In this document: positions 13,718 through 26,862 of the stretch, piece after piece
How positions within the stretch are numbered: the first letter of the stretch is position 1
How the letters are laid out: each line of letters begins with the position of its first letter
Assembly: GCA_951406725.2 (NCBI GenBank)
Contig: OX597831.1
Coordinates: 37,076,001 to 37,140,000 of the forward strand
Direction: 5' to 3'
Length of the DNA: 64,000 bases
Source: Octopus vulgaris
Taxonomy: Eukaryota
Translations under genes and position numbers: made by a program
The notes under the pieces: generated by a model
Database searches by the model: none
What the model saw: the letters and a program-made list of their open reading frames with translations, nothing else
What the model was told of the DNA's origin: nothing

Positions 13718-14131
13718 GTCGCAGGAGTGGCTGTGTGGTAAGTAGCTTGTTTACCAACCACACGGTTCCGGGTTCAGTCCCACTGCGTGGCACTTTGGGC
13801 AAGTGTCTTCTACTATAGCCTCGGGCCGACCAAAGCCTTGTGAGTGGATTTGATAGACGGAAACTGAAAGAAGCCCGTCGTATATATGTATATATATATA
13901 TATGTGTGTGTGCGTGTATGTTTGTGTCTGTGTTTGTCCCCCAGCATTGCTTGACAACCGATGCTGGTGTGTTTATGTCCCCGTCACTTAGCAGTTCGGC
14001 AAAAGAGACCGATAGAATAAGTACTGGGCTTACAAAGAATAAGTCCCGGGGTCGAGTTGCTCGACTAAAGGTGGTGCTCCAGCATGGCCGCAGTCAAATG
14101 ACTGAAACAAGTAAAAGAGAGTAAAAGAGAG
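13718..14131 (+). mobile_element. Full-length SINE family B (tRNA-like head, internal (TA)n(TG)n, aagtaaaagag tail)
   Basis: TGGCTGTGTGG A-box-like and GGGTTCAGTCC B-box-like motifs; more than 10 related copies in the window. Confidence 0.9.
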
Positions 14132-14240
14132 TGCTACACTGTCTTTTCTATGTTTTATTTGTGATGTTAGTGATCGTTTCGCATGCATTTTTGATCTTGC
14201 ATAACCTCAAGTCATCTCTAACCCTTCTAGATATTATCAT

Positions 14241-14620
14241 GGTGGAGGCGCAATGGTCCAGTGGTTAGGGCAGTTGACTCGCAGTCATAGGATCGCGGTT
14301 TCGATTCCCAGACCGGGCGTTGTGAGTGTTTATTGAGCGAAAACACCTAAAGCTCCACTAGGCTCCGGCAGGGGATGGTGGTGATCCCTGCTGTACTCTT
14401 TCACCACAGCTTTCTCTCACTCTTACTTCCTGTTTCTTTTGTACCTGTATTTCAAAGGGCCGGCCTTGTCACTCTCTGTGTCACGCTGAATATCCCCGAG
14501 AACTACGTTAAGAGTACACGTGTCTGTGGAGTGTTCAGCCACTTACACGTTAATTTCACGAGCAGGCTGTTCCGTTGATTCGGATCAACCGGAACCCTCG
14601 TCGTCGTAACCGACGGAGTG
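14241..14620 (+). mobile_element. Full-length SINE family C with TSD
   Basis: A/B boxes (TGGTCCAGTGG, GGTTTCGATTCC); TSD cttc(t/c)agatattatcat 14224-14240 / 14621-14637. Confidence 0.9.
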
Positions 14621-15157
14621 CTTCCAGATATTATCATAAATATTCCATCATTTCAGGATACAGGAGTAAATCAGACAGGCTACCATTTGAGGAATCAATC
14701 TGCTTAGGGCTCGAACCGATTAAAATACAACATATGTTTTCAAAATTTGTGAGATATTCCAGGGTAGTGTTTTTTAACTAGAAGCTTCCAGCCCTTAATA
14801 GCTTATGGCTTAACCAAATCTACATCCAGTTCTGCATTCCATTCATGACACAGGCAGTTTTAATTCAAACATAGAGTATTTAGGCATTCATGATTTGACT
14901 TATCATTTGTATTCTTAAGAATATAGGGTGTGTTTTAAAGAAAATTTTGCAGTTATTTTTTGGTACGTCAAACAACTATGCAGGAATTTCCTCATTGGTT
15001 AACCATGAATTTTGCTAGGTCACTTGCACTTCACCTATGATTTGCTATCAATACTGACTATTGCAAAGAAAAAGAAAAAAAACAAACAATTAAATTAATA
15101 AAACAAGAATCAGTGGCACCTGTTCCTCCTTTCTTCTCCTTAACAAATATATAACAA

Positions 15158-15250
<93 letters not shown>
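15158..15250. repeat. (AAT)n microsatellite, representative of dozens of (TA)n, (CA)n, (TACA)n, (GA)n and (AAT)n tracts
   Basis: Directly visible. Confidence 0.95.
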
Positions 15251-15253
<3 letters not shown>

Positions 15254-15722
15254 AAGCCATTTTAATCATCTTATAGATCTATGAAAAACCCCAAAGAAAG
15301 ATGAAGAAACAATGAAATGGAAACACCATTAATAGTGACTCAATTACTGAAGAATAATGGTAAGGAATAAAATCAAAAACAAAGGAAAAACAAAATGATG
15401 CAAAGCCGAACAGAAACATAAAACATAGAAAATGACCTCTGCTAGTTATGAATTGACTATAGTGAAGGAATTTGCTTCATACTTTTAACAATGAATAAAG
15501 AAGAAGGTGTTGCTGGAGATGATACTGTCTGAACAAACAGTGGAATAAAATAGAAGTAAATCAGAGCTAATTGTAGATATAGTCTTGCTATTATCGTGGC
15601 ATGAATCATGTCATTTACTTTGAAAAGAGCTCCTTTTAAAACGAGGAATATTTATATTTTTTACAACAATTGCCAATAATCTCTAGTTTGCGTGTAAGTG
15701 TATATATATATATGTGTATATA

Positions 15723-15798
<76 letters not shown>

Positions 15799-16234
15799 TG
15801 TATGTATGTATGTATGCATGTATGTATGTATGTATGTATGTATGTATTGATTAAAAGCTTAAATGAATAGTATATATATATATACATGTGTGACTCTGTA
15901 TCTGTGTACATACATATATAGAGACTTATATGTATGTGTATACATACATATATAGAAATATATATAAGTATATGCGTTCGTATGCACGGAAGTATGTTTA
16001 TGATGTGTATATCATGTAATGGTATGTGCATGCTATGTATGGTATATATCCATATATTTATCTGCTTTTTGTATATGTGTGTGGATGTGTGTGGATCTAT
16101 GTGTGTATTTCTTTGATTGTAGTTAGTACAGATGATATAACTAAGTCTGTATGTATGCAAATGTAGATATGGACGAATGCGTATGTAAATATACATGTAT
16201 ACATATACATACATACACATAAACACACACACAG

Positions 16235-16276
<42 letters not shown>

Positions 16277-16722
16277 TAACACTCACACAAATAGATATAT
16301 AAACATACTTGCACCACATACAGATGAGTTCTATATACATGAATATATAAATGTACATACATGTGTGTGTACACTCACACATGCTCACACACATGTACAT
16401 ACATACACACATACATAAATATATATACGCATATATATACACATAGATACATATACACATGATTTCTCTCTCTATCGTAAAGATTTTCACTGAATACGTA
16501 TTAAAGGTTAGTGTAGCGTTTTTTTTTTTAGCTCAATCAGAATCTATTGAAGAATCACAATGGTGAGAATATGATATGGAGTAGAGCTGAAGTATAACAT
16601 TGCAGTTATTGTTGATGAGTGCAGAGATACTTTTCAGCTAATTATTGATGAATGCCACTAGACATATGAGACTCTGGCTAATCATGGCAGTATGTGTGTA
16701 CGCACGTGTGCCGTGGGTGCAT

Positions 16723-16769
<47 letters not shown>

Positions 16770-16862
16770 TATATCTGCACCTCACTCTCTGTCTTACTAT
16801 ATAAATATATATATATACATATATATATAAATATACGCATATATTTATACACACACACAAAC

Positions 16863-16947
<85 letters not shown>

Positions 16948-17207
16948 TACATATATATATAATACATATATATTTATACATAAATATATATATATATGTG
17001 TGTGTGTGTCTACACATATATATACTTACATATACATATGTATGGATACTTGTATACCTATTTATATGTATGTATCTATTTTGTTCTCTATCTCTCTATA
17101 TATCTGTATATATGTATACATGCATATATATATATAATACATATATATATATACATATATATATAATATATATATATATATACATATATATAATATATAT
17201 ATCTATA

Positions 17208-17241
<34 letters not shown>

Positions 17242-17531
17242 ATATATCACAGTATTGACCTAGACCATTACATGCTGCTATACACCACTAATCCCAATAC
17301 GCTTCCTATTTTGCCTTGATTCTACCATTCTTTTCCATTTTGATGCAAATTGAGCGACTAAGTTATCTTCCCATCGCCGAGCAGACTTTCAAAGGGGCAT
17401 TTTCTATTCTCTTGGTTATCACTCTGGAACTGAACTGGTACACCTCTGTTCCATGAATCTTGCTACATGTCTTGCCCAGTGGAAATTGTGCTTTCAATAT
17501 TCTGTGACCATGTTGATTATTCTCCTTTATT

Positions 17532-17670
<139 letters not shown>

Positions 17671-17724
17671 CAGAAATACTAAATTTCTAAATCTCTCGTA
17701 GAGACATGTACGGTGGTGGGGCGA

Positions 17725-17991
17725 TAGAATGGTTGTATACTGTCAATCTAACACGAACATGACAGTAGGGGGTTCACCACCGCTGTTTAGCCCTAGGAAG
17801 CATCGACGCTACCTGATGGTTTTGACACATTTTTCCTGTGTCCTTATATACATTTATATACATTCGTAAATGTATATAAGGACATAGGAAAAATGTGTCA
17901 AAGCCACCAGGAGGCGTCGATGCTTCCTAGGGCTAAACAGCGGTGGTGTACCCCGTACTGTCACGTTCGTGTTGGATTGACAGTATACAAC

Positions 17992-17998
<7 letters not shown>
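17725..17998. repeat. ~130-bp-arm imperfect palindrome (fold-back element) adjoining (TA)n
   Basis: tagaatggttgtatactgtcaatc...catttat / taaatg...gattgacagtatacaaccattcta. Confidence 0.85.
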
Positions 17999-18041
<43 letters not shown>

Positions 18042-18068
18042 GATATGTGATAATTATTCAATAGCCAA

Positions 18069-18127
18069 GATAAAACTGTGTTTCGGATGCCGAGGTGGAA
18101 ATCCAGAACACCATCTCATCGGTTATC
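18069..18127 (-). ncRNA. Hammerhead motif (U4>C)
   Basis: gataa-CCGATGA-gatg...catc c-GAAA-cacag-TT-ttatc. Confidence 0.6.
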
Positions 18128-18157
18128 TGGCCATATATATATAGACAGGTAGAAAAC

Positions 18158-18198
<41 letters not shown>

Positions 18199-18302
18199 AA
18201 ATATATATGTATATATATATATATACGTATATTTATATATATATATATGTATATATATATATAGCAACAGAGAGTGAAGTACAGATATATATGTATGTAT
18301 AT

Positions 18303-18362
18303 ATAACTGATGAGATGGTGTTGTGGATTTCCACCTCGGCATACAAAACTCAGAGTTTTATC
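18303..18362 (+). ncRNA. Hammerhead motif (G12>A)
   Basis: ataa-CTGATGA-gatg...cata c-AAAA-ctcagag-TT-ttat. Confidence 0.6.
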
Positions 18363-18884
18363 TTGGATATTGAATAATTCTCATATTATTTTACAGATAA
18401 ATGTCCTCTATTTACATAATATTGAGGTCTCTTTCTTTCTTTTGTTATCTTACTGTTTTTAACAAAATGTATATTTGTGTCTGTATATATATATATATAC
18501 GTGTGTGCGTATATATACATATGTACACACTCACATGTAAATACATATATATATATATACAACGTAATTAATAAATAAATTTTATAAGGAGCCAGCATTT
18601 AAAAAATACCTTTTAGATAAAATACATTTAGAAAGACATACAATTATACTTAAGGGCACAAAAGCTATCGAGCCTATATAGTCAAAGAAGATGCCAGATA
18701 CGTCCAGCTTTTCTGTGGGTGTGTATAGATATTTTCATTTATTTCACACAGTGTTATGGTGATGAAAGAAAAGTTACCATACTAATCCAGAAATTGATCA
18801 ATTCACAGCTATCTCAATAATTTCATGAAGTTTTAGTCAATCTGCTTCCCCGCTTTCAACGTGTGTTAAATATATGTGGATATA

Positions 18885-18992
<108 letters not shown>

Positions 18993-19127
18993 AAAATAGT
19001 AAAGTGTGAAAAAACGACAGAAGGCTTAAATGTTAAAAAATATATATATTTGTGTCAAAATGTCTGGAGAATATTGGAAACATTTTTTTCCTCCTTTCCT
19101 TAAAATGACATAATTTTAAAATTTTAA

Positions 19128-19167
19128 AAGAAATTACCGGTTTCGCGTGTAGCTTTTCAAATTTCTT
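19128..19167 (-). ncRNA. Minimal hammerhead with U3-A8 core in the PLE pLTR (intact copy)
   Basis: aagaaat-TTGAAAA-gc tacac gc-GAAA-CCGG-TA-atttctt; 7-bp stem I. Confidence 0.75.
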
Positions 19168-19306
19168 GTGATGTTATGTTTATATTGCATGGAGTTATCG
19201 TTGTGTTTATTTCCAGGAGATTTCTAAATAAGGGGAGGTAGTGAGTGATTTCTTCCGGTGTAAGGGAGATAATCGCTTAAAAATTTTTTTTTTTCCTTTT
19301 TCCTTG

Positions 19307-20250
19307 TTAATTTCTCTGTGTCAGTATGTTCGGATGGTTGAGTCTGGGTTTGTACTTTTCAATGAAGAATGTTTCCTTGTTCAGTCTCATTTGTGTTGAT
19401 GATCCGAAAGCACATTGGTAAAATGGGAAGATTAAAAATTGTGGCAGTAGTTGCTTTGCGCATTTCTCAATGTGCTCACTAAAAGGTATCATTCTATATT
19501 CTGGGAATGCAATCTGTTGTCGATGCAGTGTGCATCTACGCCTGAGTGATAGTCCCGTGGAACCCGCGTAGTCTTGGTGGCAGCCCGAGCATTTAATAAC
19601 ATAAATTATGTTTTCAGAGGCACAAGTAAAGTTAGATTTGATCTTGAATTTCTGTCCCTCTTTAAGGAAGAATTCTGATCCTTCCAATAGGTTAGGACAT
19701 GTTGCACAGTTCGATCTACCACATTTTTTTTACTTTTGCATCCGTAATTTTAGAAGACAATTTTGCCTTTGTGAGAATCTTTTAAGTGATTTAGGCTGTT
19801 TGTAGCTTTTAATGGTTTGGTGTATGTTTAGAATTTCCTTTAATTTTGGGTTTTTATGAAGTATTGGTAAATTCTGGGTGATGATGGTGAAGGCTTCTTT
19901 GTTTCTGGGGTTGTATGTAGATATGTAAGGTAGTGTTTTCGGGGAAGGTGTGTTGTTGTGTTGAACTTTTCTTAAAGTTTCTATGTTGATTTCTGTTGCA
20001 CGTCTGATCCCATCCTCTATGAGTTGAGCTGGGTAATGTCTGTCAATTAGGGTGTTTTTGAGTTCTTGCAGTCTAAAGTTCCTGGTATTTTGTTCTGACA
20101 CTATTGTGCATATCCTTCTTGCAAGGTTGAAGGGGATGTTTGTTTTAGTGTGTCTTGGGTGGCATGAATTAAAAAGAAGGTATTGTTTGGCGTCTGTGGC
20201 TTTGTAAAAAATGTATGTTTCTATTTTAAGGTTAATTTTTTTAATTAGTA
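19307..20250 (-). pseudogene. Inverted duplicate of the PLE thumb/linker/GIY-YIG coding region
   Basis: Translation of 19307-19687 is identical to 21707-22087. Confidence 0.9.
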
Positions 20251-20256
20251 ATTTCC

Positions 20257-21612
20257 TTGCTTGATGAAGACCTACATTATGAAAAAATTACCAACTACAC
20301 CCCACAAAAAATAATGAAAACTCTATCTTCACTAATTAAAACCCATGAAAAGGAACTGATAACCAAAGAGATTGATTTCCTAACAAACTTTAAATGCAAA
20401 CCTAGCCTTTTCTATGGTCTGCCAAAAATTCATAAAAGTCAAATTATAAATGAAACCATTAAAAAATCACCAAAGACATACATACACACACCTAATCCGG
20501 GGGACCTAAAACTACGACCCATTGTAGCTGGCCCAACCTGTGAAACACACAGACTAAGTCTACTTATGGACATCCTCCTGAAACCCTTCTTTAAACATAT
20601 CGATAGCCATATCAGAGATGACTTAGATATGTTAAACCACCTTCCAAAAAAAACCAAGGAAGAAACAATCCTGGTTTCATTTGATGTAGTCAACTTGTAT
20701 ACCAGTATACCTCATAATTATGGACTGGAGGCAATACAGTTCTGGTTAGACCAATTTCCGGAAGAAATACCAAAAAGGATCAGTAAGGAATTCATTACTA
20801 AATCAATTGAATTCATCCTACACAATAACCACTTCATGTTTGACAATACATTTTACCGTCAAAAATCCGGAATTGCTATGGGTACAAGGGCAGCACCAGT
20901 CATTGCGAACTTAACAATGGGATACATGGAAATAATCATTTACCAGGAATCTCTATCAATCTTTGGAAACTCCCTCTCTCAATACATAAAAGAGAATTGG
21001 AAACGATTCCTAGACGATTGTTTCATTCTCTGGAATGAAAACATAGATAAACTCCTAAAATTTAAAAACCTATTGAACAGCATAAACCCAAATATACAGT
21101 TCACAATGGAATACAACCAAAAGGAGCTCCCGTTCTTGGATATACTAATTAAAAAAATTAACTTTAAAATAGAAACAGACATTTTTTACAAAGCCACAAA
21201 CGCCAAACAATACCTTCTTTTTAATTCATGCCACCCAAGACACACTAAAACAAACATCCCCTTCAACCTTGCAAGAAGGATATGCACAATAGTGTCAGAA
21301 CAAAATACCAGGAACTTTAGACTGCAAGAACTCAAAAACACCCTAATTGACAGACATTACCCAGCTCAACTCATAGAGGATGGGATCAGACGTGCAACAG
21401 AAATCAACATAGAAACTTTAAGAAAAGTTCAACACAACAACACACCTTCCCCGAAAACACTACCTTACATATCTACATACAACCCCAGAAACAAAGAAGC
21501 CTTCACCATCATCACCCAGAATTTACCAATACTTCATAAAAACCCAAAATTAAAGGAAATTCTAAACATACACCAAACCATTAAAAGCTACAAACAGCCT
21601 AAATCACTTTAA
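20257..21612 (+). CDS. PLE reverse transcriptase (5'-truncated; premature TAA at 21610)
   Basis: FYGLPKIHK, LRPIV, SFDVVNLYTSIP, YRQKSGIAMG, RFLDD, LPFLDI, HPRHTK. Confidence 0.92.
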   Translation: MLDEDLHYEKITNYTPQKIMKTLSSLIKTHEKELITKEIDFLTNFKCKPSLFYGLPKIHKSQIINETIKKSPKTYIHTPNPGDLKLRPIVAGPTCETHRLSLLMDILLKPFFKHIDSHIRDDLDMLNHLPKKTKEETILVSFDVVNLYTSIPHNYGLEAIQFWLDQFPEEIPKRISKEFITKSIEFILHNNHFMFDNTFYRQKSGIAMGTRAAPVIANLTMGYMEIIIYQESLSIFGNSLSQYIKENWKRFLDDCFILWNENIDKLLKFKNLLNSINPNIQFTMEYNQKELPFLDILIKKINFKIETDIFYKATNAKQYLLFNSCHPRHTKTNIPFNLARRICTIVSEQNTRNFRLQELKNTLIDRHYPAQLIEDGIRRATEINIETLRKVQHNNTPSPKTLPYISTYNPRNKEAFTIITQNLPILHKNPKLKEILNIHQTIKSYKQPKSL

Positions 21613-21670
21613 AAGATTCTCACAAAGGCAAAATTGTCTTCTAAAATTACGGATGCAAAAGTAAAAAAAA

Positions 21671-22087
21671 TGTGGTAGATCGAACTGTGCAACATGTCCT
21701 AACCTATTGGAAGGATCAGAATTCTTCCTTAAAGAGGGACAGAAATTCAAGATCAAATCTAACTTTACTTGTGCCTCTGAAAACATAATTTATGTTATTA
21801 AATGCTCGGGCTGCCACCAAGACTACGCGGGTTCCACGGGACTATCACTCAGGCGTAGATGCACACTGCATCGACAACAGATTGCATTCCCAGAATATAG
21901 AATGATACCTTTTAGTGAGCACATTGAGAAATGCGCAAAGCAACTACTGCCACAATTTTTAATCTTCCCATTTTACCAATGTGCTTTCGGATCATCAACA
22001 CAAATGAGACTGAACAAGGAAACATTCTTCATTGAAAAGTACAAACCCAGACTCAACCATCCGAACATACTGACACAGAGAAATTAA
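21671..22087 (+). CDS. PLE Cys linker plus GIY-YIG endonuclease (frameshifted from the RT)
   Basis: CGRSNCATC linker; NIIYVIKCSGC..YAGSTG..LRRR...H...H; E..FI....P.LN. Confidence 0.9.
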   Translation, partial: CGRSNCATCPNLLEGSEFFLKEGQKFKIKSNFTCASENIIYVIKCSGCHQDYAGSTGLSLRRRCTLHRQQIAFPEYRMIPFSEHIEKCAKQLLPQFLIFPFYQCAFGSSTQMRLNKETFFIEKYKPRLNHPNILTQRN

Positions 22088-22225
22088 CAAGGAAAAAGGA
22101 AAAAAAAAATTTTTAAGCGATTATCTCCCTTACACCGGAAGAAATCACTCACTACCTCCCCTTATTTAGAAATCTCCTGGAAATAAACACAACGATAACT
22201 CCATGCAATATAAACATAACGTCAC

Positions 22226-22265
22226 AAGAAATTTGAAAAGCTACACGCGAAAACGGTAATTTCTT
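22226..22265 (+). ncRNA. Second copy of the U3-A8 hammerhead (C15.2>A breaks the ACCGGT palindrome)
   Basis: aagaaat-TTGAAAA-gctacacgc-GAAA-ACGG-TA-atttctt. Confidence 0.65.
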
Positions 22266-22455
22266 TAAAAATTTTAAAATTATGTCATTTTAAGGAAAGG
22301 AGGAAAAAAATTTTTCGAATATTCTCCAGACATTTTGACACAAATATATATATTTTTTAACATTTAAGCCTTCTGTCGTTTTTTCACACTTTACTATTTT
22401 CTTATATATTCACCCACGTGCTTTACCAATCAAACTTTCTTATCTATCTATCTAT

Positions 22456-22519
<64 letters not shown>

Positions 22520-22620
22520 TATATGTATATATGTATATATTTGAGTGTATTTATCTATCTATAATTTTGTTTATCGTTCTTTCAATCTTCCAAATTATCA
22601 ACCTATATACATAAGTATAT

Positions 22621-22728
22621 AGGTGGCAAACTGACAGAATCGTTAGCACTGACGGACAAAATGCTTCGCAGCACTTCGTCCGCCTTGATTTTCTGGGTTC
22701 AAATTCCGCCGAGGTCGATTTTGCTTTT
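22621..22728 (+). mobile_element. SINE family A 5' part, ending at the CR1 insertion
   Basis: ggtggcaaactgacagaatcgttagc...gggttcaaattccgccgaggtcg. Confidence 0.75.
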
Positions 22729-22734
22729 AATGCC

Positions 22735-25277
22735 CCGAAGGTGACATACTCTCAGGAATGAATCATTGCAAGCAAGTACAGGTGGAGTCCCTGCTCAACC
22801 TCACCAATGCCTTATTCATGGAGCAAGTTGTACTCAAGCCAACTAGGGTGAACAACATTCTGGATCTCTGCTTCACGAACAATACGTGATGTGAAAGTAA
22901 CACCGTTTGGGCCACTGTCCATGTTTGGGCCAAAAGTAACCGGAGACATACAGCCTAAAGGAAGCACCCGAAATCTCTCCAATCTGAACTTCCACAAAGC
23001 AGATTGGAAATCGATCCAAAAAGAGATCCTCAGAGAGGACTGGCCGGAATGTCTCTCCACACCAGACATTGACATGAAACTAGAATGTTTCATGTCTTCT
23101 GTGCAAGCCGTATGCCAGAAATATGTCCCAGAGCACAAGGCCAAAACAAATAGGAGCAAGATTCCAAGAGACAGGAAGATCCTCATGAGACGACGGACGA
23201 AGGTTGCAAATCTTCTCAACCAGCATCCCAAAAGTAGCGAAACGTACCGCCTAAAACAACACTGATGGAGATCGAAAAAAGGCTGCAACAATCCTATGTG
23301 AAGGAGAAAGCAGACAAAGAAGCATGGGTTATAAAAAATATTAAATCAAACCCAAAGGCCTTCTTTCATTACGCGAAAGAAACGGTCTCAGTGCACTACA
23401 AGATAGGACCCCTCCTCCAAAAGGATGGCTCCCTCACAGACAGTCCAACTAAGGTCAGTGAGATGCTGAATGACCAGTTCAAAAGTGTCTTTACCACCCC
23501 GTTGGAACACAGACAAGTGAACGAACCAGTGGACTTCTGTGCCGCCTCACCTATAACCAGCGAGGCGGTTACAATAGAATGTATTGACATTAGCGAAAAA
23601 GATGTCCTTCTAGCCATATATGAAGTGGACACAAACTCAGCTACTGGTCCAGATGGTTTCCCAGCCATCCTCCTCAAAGTGTGTAAGCATGCCCTGGCAA
23701 AACCCCTCAAGATTCTCTTCCAGAGCTTTCTTGCGAATGGCAAACTGCCAAGCAAGCTGAAGGAGGGAATGATATGCCCAATACATAAAGGGGGAAGTAG
23801 AGCAGATGCCAAAACCTATAGGCCTATCTCTCTGACTTCACATATCAGCAAAGTCATGGAACGGATAGTCAGAAAGAAACTAATCGCATTCCTTGAGTAA
23901 AATAACTTGCTGAGTGATACCCAGCATAGTTTTCGACCCGGTAGGAGCTGCCTGACCCAGCACTTACAACATTATGATTGGGTGTTGAGGCAGTTACTCA
24001 ACAAATCAAATGTGGACGTAATCTACCTTGATTTTGCAAAAGCTTTTGACAAGTTGGATCATGGTATGATATTCCACAAACTGCGTGACCTCGGCATAGC
24101 TGGAAAACTTGGAGTGTGGTTACATGACTTCCTGAAAGATAGGAGTCAGGCAGTAGTGGTTAATGGAGCCACCTCTATAAACACACAAATAGTGAGCGGT
24201 GTTCCACAGGGCACTGTCTTGGGAGCACTGCTTTTTATACTGGCCCTCTCAGATATGCTCTCAAATACCCGGATAGCCACTCTGGCCAGCTATGCAGACG
24301 ATACGAAAGTCTCGCAGAAAATACAGAACCCCAGCGATGTTGCACAACTGCAGCAGGAGTTGGACTCAATCTACAGATGGGCTGAGGATAATAATATGCA
24401 GTTTAATGCTGAAAAATTCCAGGCCCTGCGCTACCAGCATCCAAAACTGAATATTAAACTTACAGGATACACCGGTCCACAGGGAATTTCAATCCCAGAG
24501 CCAAAGTCTGTGAGGGACCTGGGTATCGACATGAGTGATGATACCTCTTTCCAAGTGCAGATTACCAGGATGGCGACAAAGTGCAGACGACTGGCTGAGT
24601 GGATCCTAAGAACATTCAGAACCAGAGATAAGGAAACCATGATGGTCCTCTGGCGGACATTCGTCCTCAGCCGCCTGGATTACTGCTCACAGCTATGGTC
24701 ACCCACCAGTGTAAAATTAACAGCGGACCTTGAAGCAATCCAGAGAAGATTCACAAAGAAGATCGTCTCTTTGCAACAGCTCAGTTACTGGGAAAGGTTG
24801 AAACAGCTAAGACTCTACTCCCTGAAGAGAAGACGGGAGAGGTATGCAGTAATATATGTCTGGAAGATCCTGGAAGGAATGGTGCCAAATTTTGGCATTG
24901 TAAGCTACACCAATGCTAGAACGGGACGACACTGCATAGTGCCAAAGATCCCAGCAATGCCATCACGCTTCAGGACCAGCTTCTGCAACAGCCTGGGTTT
25001 CAAGGGCCCACAGCTTTTTAATATTCTCCCAAAGAGTCTGAGGAACTTGCACAAAGTAGATATAGCGGTTTTTAAATCAAAGCTGGACATCTTCCTGTCG
25101 AGAGTCCCAGATGAACCTACCTCACGGCAAGAGGTGCAAATGAGAGTAGCTATATCAAACTCCATTCTTCACCAAATGCCACATATTAGACGAGGTTCTT
25201 CGCAATAACAGCGTAGCACAAAACGGCGGTGCATCAGCATGGCCACAGCTCTGAGCTGAAACTAGAGAAAAAAAAAA
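22735..25277 (+). mobile_element. 5'-truncated CR1-clade LINE ORF2 (APE tail plus RT) with A-rich end
   Basis: PTR..NILDL, GPDG, YRPISLTS, LDFAKAFD, GVPQGTVLG, YADD; frameshift near 23265, stop at 23898. Confidence 0.92.
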
Positions 25278-26018
25278 GTTTACATTTTTAGTTTTCTTCT
25301 GAAAATTTCTGTCAGTAAAGAAGAACATTTACGGAACAATTAGTTGTGTTTCAAAATCATGAGTAGATCTGTTCTCTACGTATTTATTAAGTCAAGATTG
25401 ATGAAATAATTATAATCTAACTGTTGCATTGTTTTGTTGTTGTTGGTTTTTTTTAGCTCCCCAGATTAATCTTAATCAAGTAACTTTATGATGTAATTTC
25501 TGTGCTTAAACCTGATATGAATTCAGTACTGCAATCTGAGTTGAAATGACAGAACTATAGTCACTCGTATTGACTCCAGATTTGAAACTTCTGAGGAAAA
25601 CAACTAACTATGCGAATTGTGCCTCATTCAAGTTTGTCAGAGTAAATGTCTATTCTTTTCATTAATTGATCCCTCATCGATGATGCCACACCATTTGCAT
25701 CTAGATATATGTATTGTGGATCCAACTACTCTATCATTTTAGAACTAGCTTATCCAATCTCAAGTTTATTGTCTAGCGCACAATTGCCCATCAAGAGTAA
25801 GTAACTTATTTATGAGAGATGAAGTCATAGATAAGTTAGCAAATACTGAATGTTCCTCCTCCAGTGAACTGGAAACATCTAATTATAAAATAAAAACACT
25901 TGTGATCACGTCTCTCTTAGAAAGAAGGTGTTTTGAATTTTGTATAACAAAGATGAAGGTATCATGAACGAGTCTCTTATTCAAAGAATCTCAATCATTC
26001 CATAAGAAAATATATTCC

Positions 26019-26246
26019 TTTACTCTTTTACTAGTTTCAGTCATTTGACTGTGGCCATGCTGGAGCACCGCCTTTAGTCGTGCAAATCGACCCCAGGACT
26101 TATTCTTTGTACGCCAGGTACTTAGTCTATCGGTCTCTTTTGCCGAACCTCTAAGTTACGGGGATGTAAACACACCAGCATCGGTTGTCATGCGATGTTG
26201 GGATGACAAACACAGACACACAGACATATACAAACACACACACACA

Positions 26247-26296
<50 letters not shown>

Positions 26297-26451
26297 TATA
26301 CGACAGGCTTCTTTCAGTTTACGTCAACCAAATCCACTCACAAGACTTTGGTCGGCCCGAGGCTATAGTAGAAGACACTTGCTCAAGATCCACGCAGTGG
26401 GAGCGAACCCGGAACCATGTGGTTGGTAAGCAAGCTACTTACCACACAGCC
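26019..26451 (-). mobile_element. SINE family B
   Basis: Reverse complement of the 13718-14131 type. Confidence 0.88.
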
Positions 26452-26820
26452 ATTCCATACAAAGAAAAAATAATTTTAATCTGGTGAAATTGAGTTATAA
26501 TCCAACTTTAATTGAAACCATCATGGGAGACATCAATTCATGGGTAATTACTAATGTAATGAGTATTTCTCACATAAATATAAGAATGTAAATAGATGGG
26601 GTTGGGTAGGAAGCAGACTATTATAATGATCCAAGAAAAAAATTGGAGTTTATTTCTTTAATATTGCTATTGTCCTTGACATGATATGATCTGAGGATCA
26701 AAAATTCCTGATCAAATGCAACAAAGCATTTTCTCTGATGCTATGGGATTTGTGCCACTCCACTGGCAGACGCCGTTTACGTAATCATAAATGTAGATAT
26801 CATCATGTCTATGCCACCAT

Positions 26821-26862
26821 CAGTCTGAAGAAGGCCAATAAACCTGAACTTTGAAGTCACTG
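26821..26862 (+). ncRNA. Degenerate hammerhead (one A missing from GAAA)
   Basis: cagt-CTGAAGA-agg ccaataaa cct-GAA-ctt tg aag-TC-actg; all three stems pair. Confidence 0.55.

Larger units (their letters stand above)
18040..18388. mobile_element. Fold-back element with a degenerate hammerhead in each arm around a central (TA)n
   Basis: Arms ~18040-18127 / 18303-18388. Confidence 0.75.

Noticed and set aside
20439-25165. Antisense ORFs over the PLE and CR1 coding regions
   Set aside because: Shadow frames of retroelement ORFs.
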